Shown here: in pieces, positions 17,990 through 26,334 of the stretch
Layout: each line of letters begins with the position of its first letter
Numbering within the stretch: position 1 is the stretch's first letter
NCBI GenBank assembly: GCA_043788935.1
Contig: JAYWIJ010000257.1
Location: forward strand, 12,944 to 76,943
DNA: 64,000 nt
Direction of reading: 5' to 3'
Source: Gemmatimonadaceae bacterium
GTDB taxonomy: Bacteria > Gemmatimonadota > Gemmatimonadetes > Gemmatimonadales > Gemmatimonadaceae
The notes under the pieces: generated by a model
Database searches by the model: none
Seen by the model: only the letters and a program-made list of their open reading frames with translations
Told to the model about the DNA's origin: nothing
Made by a program: the position numbers and the translations under genes

Positions 17990-18319
17990 ATGCTGCCTCA
18001 GATGGACCCGTACGCGAAGCATGTGCTCGTCTGCACCGGCTCGTACTGCTCACCCGATCGGAGCGGCCGGCGGATTTATTCCGAACTGGCGCGGCTGCTG
18101 CAGCGCGAAGAACTGCTCTTCGGGGCTGGACGCGTGAAGCGTGGTGAAACCCCGTGCCTCGGGGTCTGTGCGGCCGGACCGATCGTGGCGGTGTACCCGG
18201 AGGGCGTGTGGTACGCCAACGTGGACAGCGCAGTGCTGGAGCGGATCGTCGTCGAGCACCTGAAGCAGGGGCAGGTCGTCGACGAGCACGTGTTTCATCG
18301 TCTGGGCGGCGGCGGTTGA
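17990..18319 (+). CDS. thioredoxin-like [2Fe-2S] ferredoxin domain protein
   Basis: 109 aa. HVLVCTGSYC ... CLGVCAAGPIVAVYPEGVWY Cys ligand pattern. Confidence 0.8.
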   Translation: MLPQMDPYAKHVLVCTGSYCSPDRSGRRIYSELARLLQREELLFGAGRVKRGETPCLGVCAAGPIVAVYPEGVWYANVDSAVLERIVVEHLKQGQVVDEHVFHRLGGGG

Positions 18320-18681
18320 GGCGTGTCGCGACGTCGGCGCAGTGCCGTGATCGCTTCGTCCAGCGCGCGCAGGTGGCGGGGCCAGACGTGCCGGGCGTGC
18401 TGGCGGAAGTTGGTGAGGGCGACAGGTTCGTCGAGCAGGAACTCCGCCAGCCGACGGTGACCTTTCCGTAAATTGCAGGCGGCACATGCCGTCACTACGT
18501 TGCCGCCGGAGCTGTCGCCGCCACGCATTTGCGGCTGCACATGATCGATCGTCAGTGCGGAAGGCGCGAACTGCTCAGCGCAGTACACGCACCGCCACTC
18601 GTCCCTCTCGAACACAGCCTCACGTTTCACGATGGTCGAGTTTCCTGATCCCCGGCGGCTGTTCTTCGATGCCGCCCGCAA
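18295..18681 (-). CDS. stand-alone HNH endonuclease
   Basis: 128 aa. CVYC...DHVQPQMRGG...NVVTACAACNLRKG (HNH with two CxxC pairs). An alternative GTG start at 18630 would remove the overlap with the divergent gene. Confidence 0.8.
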   Translation of the reverse strand: MRAASKNSRRGSGNSTIVKREAVFERDEWRCVYCAEQFAPSALTIDHVQPQMRGGDSSGGNVVTACAACNLRKGHRRLAEFLLDEPVALTNFRQHARHVWPRHLRALDEAITALRRRRDTPQPPPPRR

Positions 18682-18958
18682 GCTGATTTACGATCCCGAT
18701 GCGCCTGCCGGCAATCTCGACGACGTGCAGGACATCCCCCGACTCACGGCTCATACACTGGACACGCTCCGCATGGCACGCACCCGCGAACGCATTCTGC
18801 AGAACCTGGAAGAGATGTACAAGGAAGCCTTCGACCGTGCGAGGGCATCCGAGGATCCGTCGCAGCAGATCGCGCTCGACTTCGCCTACCGCCGCGAGCA
18901 GCTGTATTTCGAGATCCTGCTCGACCTGCGCGACTCGATGGATCGACGCGGTAGCTGA
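18632..18958 (+). CDS. hypothetical protein
   Basis: 108 aa with coding-like composition. It is directly followed (no gap) by the next CDS. No motif recognised. Confidence 0.45.
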   Translation: MVEFPDPRRLFFDAARKLIYDPDAPAGNLDDVQDIPRLTAHTLDTLRMARTRERILQNLEEMYKEAFDRARASEDPSQQIALDFAYRREQLYFEILLDLRDSMDRRGS

Positions 18959-19270
18959 GTGACCGCAGTGACGTTGGCGCTGGTCAACGGCCGCATTCGC
19001 ACCGGTGACCCCCGCCGCCCGGTGGCAGACGCTCTCGCCATTGCCGGCACCACGCTCGTGCTGGTCGGATCGAGTGCGGAGGTGCGAAAGTTCGCTGGCA
19101 AGGGGCCTCGCATCATCGACATGAAAGGCGCGGCGGTGCTGGCGTTGCCCGATGCCGAGTCGGTGTTGCGGCGCGGCGCGCCCGCGTCGTTCGCGGTGTT
19201 CGACGCGGGCACCGAATTCGAGTGCTTCCGCATGCTCGACGGCGAGATCCTCCGCGACGAGTTCGCGTGA
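18959..19270 (+). CDS. amidohydrolase composite-domain-only protein (no TIM-barrel catalytic core)
   Basis: 103 aa with a GTG start. An N-terminal LVNGRIRTGD...AIAGTTLVLVGSS...IDMKGAAVLALP segment is joined directly to a C-terminal-like RRGAPASFAVFD...MLDGEILRDE segment. Confidence 0.5.
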   Translation: MTAVTLALVNGRIRTGDPRRPVADALAIAGTTLVLVGSSAEVRKFAGKGPRIIDMKGAAVLALPDAESVLRRGAPASFAVFDAGTEFECFRMLDGEILRDEFA

Positions 19271-20115
19271 ACGTCGTCGTGTCGCGTTGCCTGCAGCGGC
19301 TGGTGGTAGGCTGCGCCATGCTGATCGGCGCATCACCGGTGCGTGCACAGGCTGGGGTGCAGGGGTGGAGCTTCACGTGGACCATCACGTCGTCGCTCCG
19401 CGGACAGACCGTCCCGGCGGGTGAGGTGACCTTCGACGTTGCCGTGTGGAATGGGATCGCGCGCATCACACCACGCGGCGGGCAGGCGGCGACCCGAGCA
19501 CTGCTTTCCAGCTCCGGGGTGATTCTCGTGAGCGCCACCGACTCGCTGCTGACGGTGCTCAACGATGCGCGTCGCGAAGCACTGGTCGCGTCGCCCGGTG
19601 AGCTCTCCGCCATGGGAAATGCCGCCGGGACCATGCAGCTCACGGTGACGGATGTCGCAAGCACGCTGCGCCGTGGTGGAGCGTCCGAACCGATGGCCAC
19701 GTACGCCACCACACGCGTGACGGTCGACGAGCGTTACACCATGGCCGTGCGTGTGCAGCAGATGCAGCGCGTGGTGCAGGTCACGGAGGAAAGCACGCTG
19801 GATCTGAGTGCCGCACTCGGCGCGCGTGATCGCGGCTTCGACGCGTTCTACCGGCTGTTCGTGCGCGCACTCGGCAAGCCGGAGGCCGTGCGCGTGGCGT
19901 TGCAGGCGAAGCAGCCCCGCCTTCCCCGTGGTGTCCCGGTGCGGACGCGCGTCGTCACGACGACGGTCACGGGTGCCGACAGCGGACGGGTGGAGTCGGA
20001 GGGACGCATGTCGGCGTTGCAGCGCGTGATGGTGGATACCGCCTCGTTCCGCGTGCCCGCTGGCTACCGGATCACCGAGGTGCGGCGGCTGCTGCAGCCG
20101 CGGGGCAGGCCGTAG
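19267..20115 (+). CDS. secreted protein of unknown function, paralog 1 of a tandem family
   Basis: GTG at 19267 (GTGA overlap). Signal peptide VVGCAMLIGASPVRAQA. Alignable by eye with the next two genes (for example FRVPAGYRITEV ~ FVVPADYARTDV). Confidence 0.6.
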   Translation: MNVVVSRCLQRLVVGCAMLIGASPVRAQAGVQGWSFTWTITSSLRGQTVPAGEVTFDVAVWNGIARITPRGGQAATRALLSSSGVILVSATDSLLTVLNDARREALVASPGELSAMGNAAGTMQLTVTDVASTLRRGGASEPMATYATTRVTVDERYTMAVRVQQMQRVVQVTEESTLDLSAALGARDRGFDAFYRLFVRALGKPEAVRVALQAKQPRLPRGVPVRTRVVTTTVTGADSGRVESEGRMSALQRVMVDTASFRVPAGYRITEVRRLLQPRGRP

Positions 20116-20275
20116 CACTGGTCCGCGGCGGAATGCCCCGGCGGATGGGGGCATAGTGCCACCATCGGTGTGCAACCGGACAGATTGTGGGAGGAGTGCG
20201 CCGACGCCGGCGTTGAAACGACAGGGCCTGCGCCCTCATGTCGGACCATCCTTTCCGGAGAGACCCGTGTCCAGA

Positions 20276-21274
20276 ATGCCCCGCCGCGGCGCGCTGCTCG
20301 TCGCTTGCTTCACGTTGGCTGCGTGTGCCGGCAAGGAATCAGGAGGCGCCGCCGAGAGTGCCGGTGGTGACGTCGCCACCATGGGTGGCACGATCAGCGG
20401 CAGCGGCAAGGGCTTTCGGCTGACGATGTCCGGTACCTCGGAGCGGGCTGCCGCGCCGGGTGCTCCCGCCGCTGCCGGGACACCGACGGCAACGACCACC
20501 ACCATGCGTGTGCTCGACGGCAAGGCGCGCATCGACTTCGCACGTGGCGCGGCGCCCGGTCTCGCGGAAGGGGGATGGATGCTCGTCGAGCCGGATGGTG
20601 GCCGCATGTCGATCGTCGATCCGGCTGCGAAACGCGTCATGGTCATGGACTCACTCGGCAACCTTGCCGGCATGGGCGGCATGGGTGGCATGATGCAGAT
20701 GACCGTCCGGGACACGTCGTCGCGCGTCGAGGACCTCGGTGCCGGCGAAACGATCCTCGGGTTCGCCACTCGCAAGTATCGCATCACGACGGCATACACG
20801 ATGGAGATGTCGATGATGGGCCGGGCGATACCGATGCGCACGGAGCAGGTCACGGTGGCGCACGTCAGCGACGAGGCCACGTTGCGCGAAGCGGGCTTCT
20901 CGGCGTTGGAAAAGTCATTCGGATCGACGATGGGCGGCATGGCCGGCAACGAGGCCGCCAGCGTCATCAGGATGCTCACTGCCAGCCGGCCGAAGGGATT
21001 CGCGCTGATGCAGGACCTCGAATCGCGCATCATCCGCAACGGCGACACCACGAAGACGCGCAGCAGCTACCGGGTGACGGAGCTGGCGCGTGGTGGCGTG
21101 GAGCCGGTGGATTTCGTGGTGCCGGCCGACTATGCCCGCACCGATGTCGGCGCGCAGCTGCGCGGCGCACAGGCGCAGGCGAACGACGCGATGAAGAAGT
21201 CGGGGGTGTCGGCTGAGCAGATGCAGAAAGCGATGGAAGCGATGCAGAAGATACGTCCCGCAGCGAAGCCGTAG
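20276..21274 (+). CDS. Met-rich lipoprotein of unknown function, paralog 2
   Basis: Start MPRRGALLVACFTLAACAG (lipobox). MGGMGGMMQM, TMEMSMMGRAIPM and MQKAMEAMQK clusters. Confidence 0.7.
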   Translation: MPRRGALLVACFTLAACAGKESGGAAESAGGDVATMGGTISGSGKGFRLTMSGTSERAAAPGAPAAAGTPTATTTTMRVLDGKARIDFARGAAPGLAEGGWMLVEPDGGRMSIVDPAAKRVMVMDSLGNLAGMGGMGGMMQMTVRDTSSRVEDLGAGETILGFATRKYRITTAYTMEMSMMGRAIPMRTEQVTVAHVSDEATLREAGFSALEKSFGSTMGGMAGNEAASVIRMLTASRPKGFALMQDLESRIIRNGDTTKTRSSYRVTELARGGVEPVDFVVPADYARTDVGAQLRGAQAQANDAMKKSGVSAEQMQKAMEAMQKIRPAAKP

Positions 21275-21328
21275 AGCACCGTTGGGTACGAGAGAAGCCT
21301 CACACAGTTCACCCTTCAGCGCGACGAT

Positions 21329-22246
21329 ATGATGCAACACGGACTGTTCCGGGTTCTTGTGATCGGTGCGCTGCTCGCTCCAGGTGTGTGCACGGCGCAG
21401 GCCGTGCCGGACGCGAGTGGCTACCGCATGACGATGGTCGGCTCGACGACGGCGACCGGGATGCTGGCCGCTGCGATGCCGTCCAGCGACGTCACCTATT
21501 AGGTCCGGATTCGCGACGGCGTCATGCGAATGGATTTCGCGAAGGACGTCAGTCCCATGATGCGCAAGGGGATGTACATGCTCCTCGACGCGAGCACGAT
21601 GGGGATGCAGGTCGTCGATACGGTGGCCCGGCAGATCACGTCGATGAACTCGATGGAAACGCTCGCCGCCGTGCAGGGGATGCCCGCGATGACGATGTCC
21701 GACACGTCGTCGCAGCTGGAAGATCTGGGACCGGGCCAGACCGTGCTCGGTATTCCCACGCACAAGTATCGCGTGAGCATCCGCTACGCGATGGGCATGG
21801 GTCTGGGTGAGGCGGTGGTGTCGGCAAAGGTTGCGACCGTCGCCACGGTCCAGGTCAGCGAGGCCATCACCGCACTCGATCCGGCGTTCGACGCGTTCAG
21901 GACGAAGTTCATGACGGACGCGGGCATGCCGCTCGCGGGAACGGCAACGGCACAACTCGCCGCATTGACCAGAGTGCAGCCCAGAGGTTTCGCGCTCATC
22001 TCCGAACAGGTGATGCAGATGAGCATGAACGGCAACGAGACGGTCGTGAAGTCATCGTTCCGCGTGACGGAATTTGCGCGCGGCGGTGTTTCAGCAGCCG
22101 ACGTGACGGTCCCCAGTGGGTTCATCGTGACCGACGTCACGGCTATGATGAAGCGCATGGTCGAGGACATGCGCGAGGACGACGCAGCGCCTCCGCTGAC
22201 ACAGTCAGGAAAGCCGGTCACGCCAGCCAAGCCGACGAAGCCCTGA
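21329..22246 (+). pseudogene. Met-rich secreted paralog 3, interrupted by an in-frame TAG at 21500..21502
   Basis: ATG at 21329 encodes the signal peptide MMQHGLFRVLVIGALLAPGVCTAQA. The same frame continues past TAG into ORF 21524..22246. Similarity to paralog 2 spans the stop (GYRMTMVGST ~ GFRLTMSGTS; Y*VRIRDGVMRMDFAKD ~ TMRVLDGKARIDFARG). Confidence 0.6.
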
Positions 22247-22309
22247 TCACGCATGAACGCCCGGCGCTCGCATCGCGAGGCCGGGCGTTCGTGCGTCGCA
22301 CGACGACGG

Positions 22310-24406
22310 TCAGTACGCCACGATTTTCCGATACGCCTGCCGGAACGTCTCCTGCTGCGGCAGCGTCGCATCTTCGAGCTGCGGCGCATAGCCGACGAAG
22401 GTGTCGGTACTGGCCACACGCATCACGGGCGCATCGAGGTATGCGAAGCACTCGTCGGCGATGCACGCGGCAATCTCGGCGCCGTACCCCCACGACTGCG
22501 CATCCTCGTAGCCCACGATGACGCGGTTGGTCTTCCGGATGCTTTCGAACACCGTCTCCTTGTCCCACGGCGACAGGGTGCGAAGGTCGATCACTTCCGC
22601 ACTCACGCCTTCGTCCGCCATCTGGTTGGCGGCGGCGAGGGCGCGCTGCACCGTGGCACCGTAGGTCACCACGGTCACGTCGGTGCCGGCGCGCGCGATG
22701 CGGGCCTTGCCGAAGGGGATCATGAAGTTCGGGCCCGGATTCATCGCCTTGTTGTACGTTTGGCGATACAGGTGCTTGTGCTCGAGGAAGAGCACGGGGT
22801 CTTCGCAGCGGATCGCCGTGCGCAGCAGGCCGCTGGCATCCAAGGCGTTGCTCGGGCAGACCACGCGCAGGCCGGGCGTGTGCGTGAACAACGACGCGCC
22901 GGTCTGCGAGTGATACACGCCGCCGCGGATGTAGCCGCCGTACGTGGTACGGATCACCATCGGCGAGGCGAAGGCGTTGTTGGAGCGCCAGCGCATCGTG
23001 GCCACCTCGTCGCGGATCTGCATGAACGCCGGCCAGATGTAGTCGAAGAACTGAATTTCGACCACGGGCTTGAATCCGCGCATGGCGAGGCCGATGGCGC
23101 GACCGATGATGTTCGCTTCGGCCAGCGGCGAGTTGAAGACGCGGGCGCTGCCGAACTCCTTCTGCAGGCCGTGCGTGACCTTGAATACGCCACCCTTGCC
23201 CTTCACGGTCTCCAGCGCCTCGACACGGCTCGCGTCGGCCACGTCCTCGCCGAACATCAGGATGCGCGGGTCTCGCCGCATCTCGTCCTTCATGCAGGCG
23301 TTGATCAATTCCACCATGGTGGTCTCGCTGCCGCTGAACTGCGGATCATCCTCGGTGTCGAACTGCTCACCGGTCGGGTCCACGTCGGGCGAGTACACGC
23401 CGTAGTACACCGTGCTCGCATCCGGCTGCGCGGCAGCGAGGGCGTCGTCGGTGGCCGTCAACAGTTCGGCCTCGACGCCGTCGGCGATGATCGCCAGCTC
23501 TTCCTCCGTGGCGAATCCGTTCTGCTGCAGCCATGCGGGGAACGTGCGGAGCGGATCACGTTCCGCGTCAGCCTCGCGTTCCGCGGCGGGGCGGTACATC
23601 GTCTCGTCGTCGGACAGCGAATGTGAGTACGGGCGGATCACCTTGGCGTGCACGAAGGCCGGGCCATTGCGTTCGCGGGCGTAGTGCACGGCGCGCTGCA
23701 TCGCTTCGTAGCTGGCGATCAGGTCGCAGCCGTCGACTTCCTGGACGTAGAGACCCGGGAATCCCTTCACCAGTTTCGAAATCGAGCCTCCGGCGGTGTT
23801 CACCTCGACCGGCACGCTGATCGCATAGCCATTGTCTTCCACCAGGTAGACGATCGGCAGCTTGAGGTTGCAGGCCGTGTTCAGCGACTCCCAGAACTCA
23901 CCCTGCGAGGTGGTGCCGTCGCCGGTGGTGACGAGGGTCACCTCATCGGTCTGGCTGCCGTCGAGCAGGCGGTTCCGCATGCTGCCTTCGGCGGTGCCGA
24001 CGGCCTGCAGGAACTGCGTGCCGGTCGGCGACGAGGTGGACACGATGTTGAGTGCCGTGCTGCCCCAGTGGCTGGGCATCTGCCGTCCGCCGGAATTCGG
24101 ATCGCGGGCCGCGCCGACGGCCGAATAGAGCATGTCCACCGCCGTCATGCCGAGCTGCAGGCAGAGGGCGCGGTCGCGGTAGTAAAGATAGAACCAGTCG
24201 TGGCCGCCCTTCAGCACCGTGCCGGCCGCGGTCAAAATCGCCTCGTGTCCGGCGCCTGAGATCTGGAAGAAGATCTTGTTCTGGCGCTTGAGCTGCACCT
24301 CCTTGTCGTCGACGCGACGGGAGAGGAGCATAGTGCGCCAGGCGGCAAGGAGCTGATCGCGCGACAGTCCCGCGGTATATGTCTCGGACGTGGCCAGGGA
24401 AGTCAT
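22310..24406 (-). CDS. 2-oxoacid dehydrogenase E1 component, fused alpha/beta subunits (TPP-dependent)
   Basis: 698 aa from MTSLATSE. Alpha-type TPP block [15 protein letters not shown], followed by a beta/transketolase-like C-terminal half ([12 protein letters not shown]...). Confidence 0.92.
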   Translation of the reverse strand: MTSLATSETYTAGLSRDQLLAAWRTMLLSRRVDDKEVQLKRQNKIFFQISGAGHEAILTAAGTVLKGGHDWFYLYYRDRALCLQLGMTAVDMLYSAVGAARDPNSGGRQMPSHWGSTALNIVSTSSPTGTQFLQAVGTAEGSMRNRLLDGSQTDEVTLVTTGDGTTSQGEFWESLNTACNLKLPIVYLVEDNGYAISVPVEVNTAGGSISKLVKGFPGLYVQEVDGCDLIASYEAMQRAVHYARERNGPAFVHAKVIRPYSHSLSDDETMYRPAAEREADAERDPLRTFPAWLQQNGFATEEELAIIADGVEAELLTATDDALAAAQPDASTVYYGVYSPDVDPTGEQFDTEDDPQFSGSETTMVELINACMKDEMRRDPRILMFGEDVADASRVEALETVKGKGGVFKVTHGLQKEFGSARVFNSPLAEANIIGRAIGLAMRGFKPVVEIQFFDYIWPAFMQIRDEVATMRWRSNNAFASPMVIRTTYGGYIRGGVYHSQTGASLFTHTPGLRVVCPSNALDASGLLRTAIRCEDPVLFLEHKHLYRQTYNKAMNPGPNFMIPFGKARIARAGTDVTVVTYGATVQRALAAANQMADEGVSAEVIDLRTLSPWDKETVFESIRKTNRVIVGYEDAQSWGYGAEIAACIADECFAYLDAPVMRVASTDTFVGYAPQLEDATLPQQETFRQAYRKIVAY

Positions 24407-24701
24407 CCCGTGTCTCGGTCGGAAGGGAAATCGACCCGCGCGCGGCGCGGCGCGCTGGGTTGTGTGGCTGCGGATCAGGCCGTGTCCCGGCGAGCGGCGC
24501 AACGGGTGGAATCTAAGCGTCGTGTCCCGCTGGACCTACGGGCTGGCGCGGCACCTGCACTGCGACAACTGGTCAAGCCTCTGTTCGCACCGTCTCTTCA
24601 GGGGAGAGGGGCGTGACGCCGTCGCCCCCGTATCGTATGGCTGGGGCGACGCACGATCGCGTCACGGTGCATCACTCAACGTTCCAACCGGTATCCGCCA
24701 C

Positions 24702-25187
24702 GTGTCATCGCATTGCGTGTTCTGTGACCTGATGAAGGGCGCAGGTGAAGTGTCCATCTGCTATGAGGACGCCGACGCCGTGGCGTTCATGGACATCCAG
24801 CCTGTGAACCGTGGCCACGCGCTGGTCGTGCCTCGCGAGCACTACGCCTCGCTCGAGGACATTCCGGGACCCCTTGGCAAACACCTGTTCGACGTGGCGT
24901 GGCGGCTTGGCGAGGTGATCCGTGACGTGACGCGATGCGACGGCATGAATCTGCTCGTGAGCAGTGGCAGCGCGGCGGGTCAGGACGTGTTTCACTATCA
25001 CGTGCACGTCATTCCCCGCATGCATGGCGACGGATTCGACGTTCCGCTCCCGTTCGCGGGTGGCGATCCGACATCGCGCCAGCGTCTGGACGCGACGGCC
25101 GCGCAGATCCTGACCGCGCTGCACGATCCGATGCGCATCCGCGAATCGGCGATTCGTCACGCGCGCCGGAGTACCGACACGGAGTGA
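24702..25187 (+). CDS. HIT family hydrolase
   Basis: GTG start. CVFCDL..., NRGHALVVPREH, and histidine triad HYHVHVIP. Confidence 0.88.
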   Translation: MSSHCVFCDLMKGAGEVSICYEDADAVAFMDIQPVNRGHALVVPREHYASLEDIPGPLGKHLFDVAWRLGEVIRDVTRCDGMNLLVSSGSAAGQDVFHYHVHVIPRMHGDGFDVPLPFAGGDPTSRQRLDATAAQILTALHDPMRIRESAIRHARRSTDTE

Positions 25188-25222
25188 GGGGAGCGGGCCA
25201 AGGATTTGGTCGAGGGATACTC

Positions 25223-25645
25223 GGGCGAAGGACTGCGTCCCTCATGATCTGGGGCAGGGATTCCTTTCCTGTTTACTGCGTCTTCCGTCCCCTTGAACTG
25301 GGGCAGGGACTCCGTCCCCTTGAACTGGGAGGCAAGGGGCAAGGACTCCGTCCCCTTGAACTGGGAGGCAAGGGGCCGGGGGCAAGGACTCCGTCCCCTT
25401 GAACGGGGCCCAAGGACGCCGTCCCCGTGAACGGGGCCCAAGGACTCCGTCCCCTTGAACGGGGCCCAACGGGGGCAAGGACTCCGTCCCCTTGAACTGG
25501 GGCAAGGACTCCGTCCCCTTGAACGGTCCCCTTGAACTCTGGGGCAAGGACTCCGTCCCCTTGAGCGGTCCCCTTGAGCGGGCCCCACCGTCTCGGCCCC
25601 AAGGACTCCGTCCCCTTGCCGCGGTCCCCTTGCCGCGTCCCCCCC
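25223..25645. repeat. array of ~11 degenerate copies of a hairpin-forming ~24-nt repeat (core GGCAAGGACTCCGTCCCCTTGAAC)
   Basis: Copies were read directly. Spacing is irregular (about 28-50 nt) with no unique spacers. The same core occurs at 40317..40492, and a variant at 43763..43872. Confidence 0.85.
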
Positions 25646-25832
25646 GTGCCGACCCGTCACACCAGCCCGACACACCGGTGACCTGACCGATGCACACCGG
25701 CCCTTGCGCTGGATGACGCCACCCGGCAATCGTGTTGCTCAGACGCACGTGCACAGGGGACGTCATCGGCCAACGAGGGCTTTGGATGATTCGTTCGGGA
25801 CTGCGCTTCGGAGATTGTCTGGGGAAGGCGGC

Positions 25833-26255
25833 ATGAGCGCCTTCTGGCACCACCACCACCTGCGGCGCCCGATCGGCCGCGCACCACGTTGCGGCGAACG
25901 TTGTGAACGCCGCGACAGCCTCGCTCCCGCTGTCCGGCGCGCCCTCAAGACCGCCGCCTACCGCGACTGCGATCACCACTGCGTCTACTGCGGTTGGGTG
26001 ATGCCCTTCGCCGACGCGACGCTCGATCACGTGCAGCCGATCGCGCGCGGGGGCCGCTCACAACCAGGCAACCTCGTGGTGGCGTGCGGACCATGCAATC
26101 GACTCAAAGCGGACCTGAACCCGCAGGAGTTCTTCGCGCGATTTCCCGGTGCCGGCGAAAACTTCATGCGCTATGCGCGCGCGGTGCACCGGCAGCTCAA
26201 GCGCTCGGCGCGACGTGCGGTCAGTCTCGCGTGGGCGGATGCCGAAGCGGCGTAG
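25833..26255 (+). CDS. stand-alone HNH endonuclease (paralog of 18295..18681)
   Basis: Start MSAFWHH. CVYC...DHVQPIARGG...NLVVACGPCNRLK. Confidence 0.8.
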   Translation: MSAFWHHHHLRRPIGRAPRCGERCERRDSLAPAVRRALKTAAYRDCDHHCVYCGWVMPFADATLDHVQPIARGGRSQPGNLVVACGPCNRLKADLNPQEFFARFPGAGENFMRYARAVHRQLKRSARRAVSLAWADAEAA

Positions 26256-26334
26256 GTCTGCAGGCGCTGGCTGAACTGCGGTCGCAACACCAGGAAGCGC
26301 AGCGACACGGAGGCACCGTGAATCGCCGGGTTGG

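Noticed and set aside
21500-21502. In-frame TAG as pyrrolysine or programmed recoding.
   Set aside because: No pyl genes or PYLIS-like context are visible in the window, the lineage is not one known for Pyl, and a single occurrence in a recently duplicated paralog is explained more simply by a nonsense mutation or sequencing error.
25223-25645. CRISPR array hypothesis for the tandem repeats (also at 40317..40492).
   Set aside because: Repeat units abut or are separated by short, variable, repeat-derived filler rather than unique 30-40 nt spacers. The repeats are degenerate. No cas genes or leader are present. The same units occur at several loci at gene 3' ends.
25157-26030. Long minus-strand ORFs (190, 262 and 109 aa) with reiterated peptides such as FKGTESLP, VQGDGVLAP and SRGRSPCP. 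They might be taken for a repeat protein.
   Set aside because: All three frames are open only because the underlying DNA is a GC-rich tandem hairpin repeat. The ORFs overlap one another and run antisense into the HNH gene. They have no start context and no signal or domain features.
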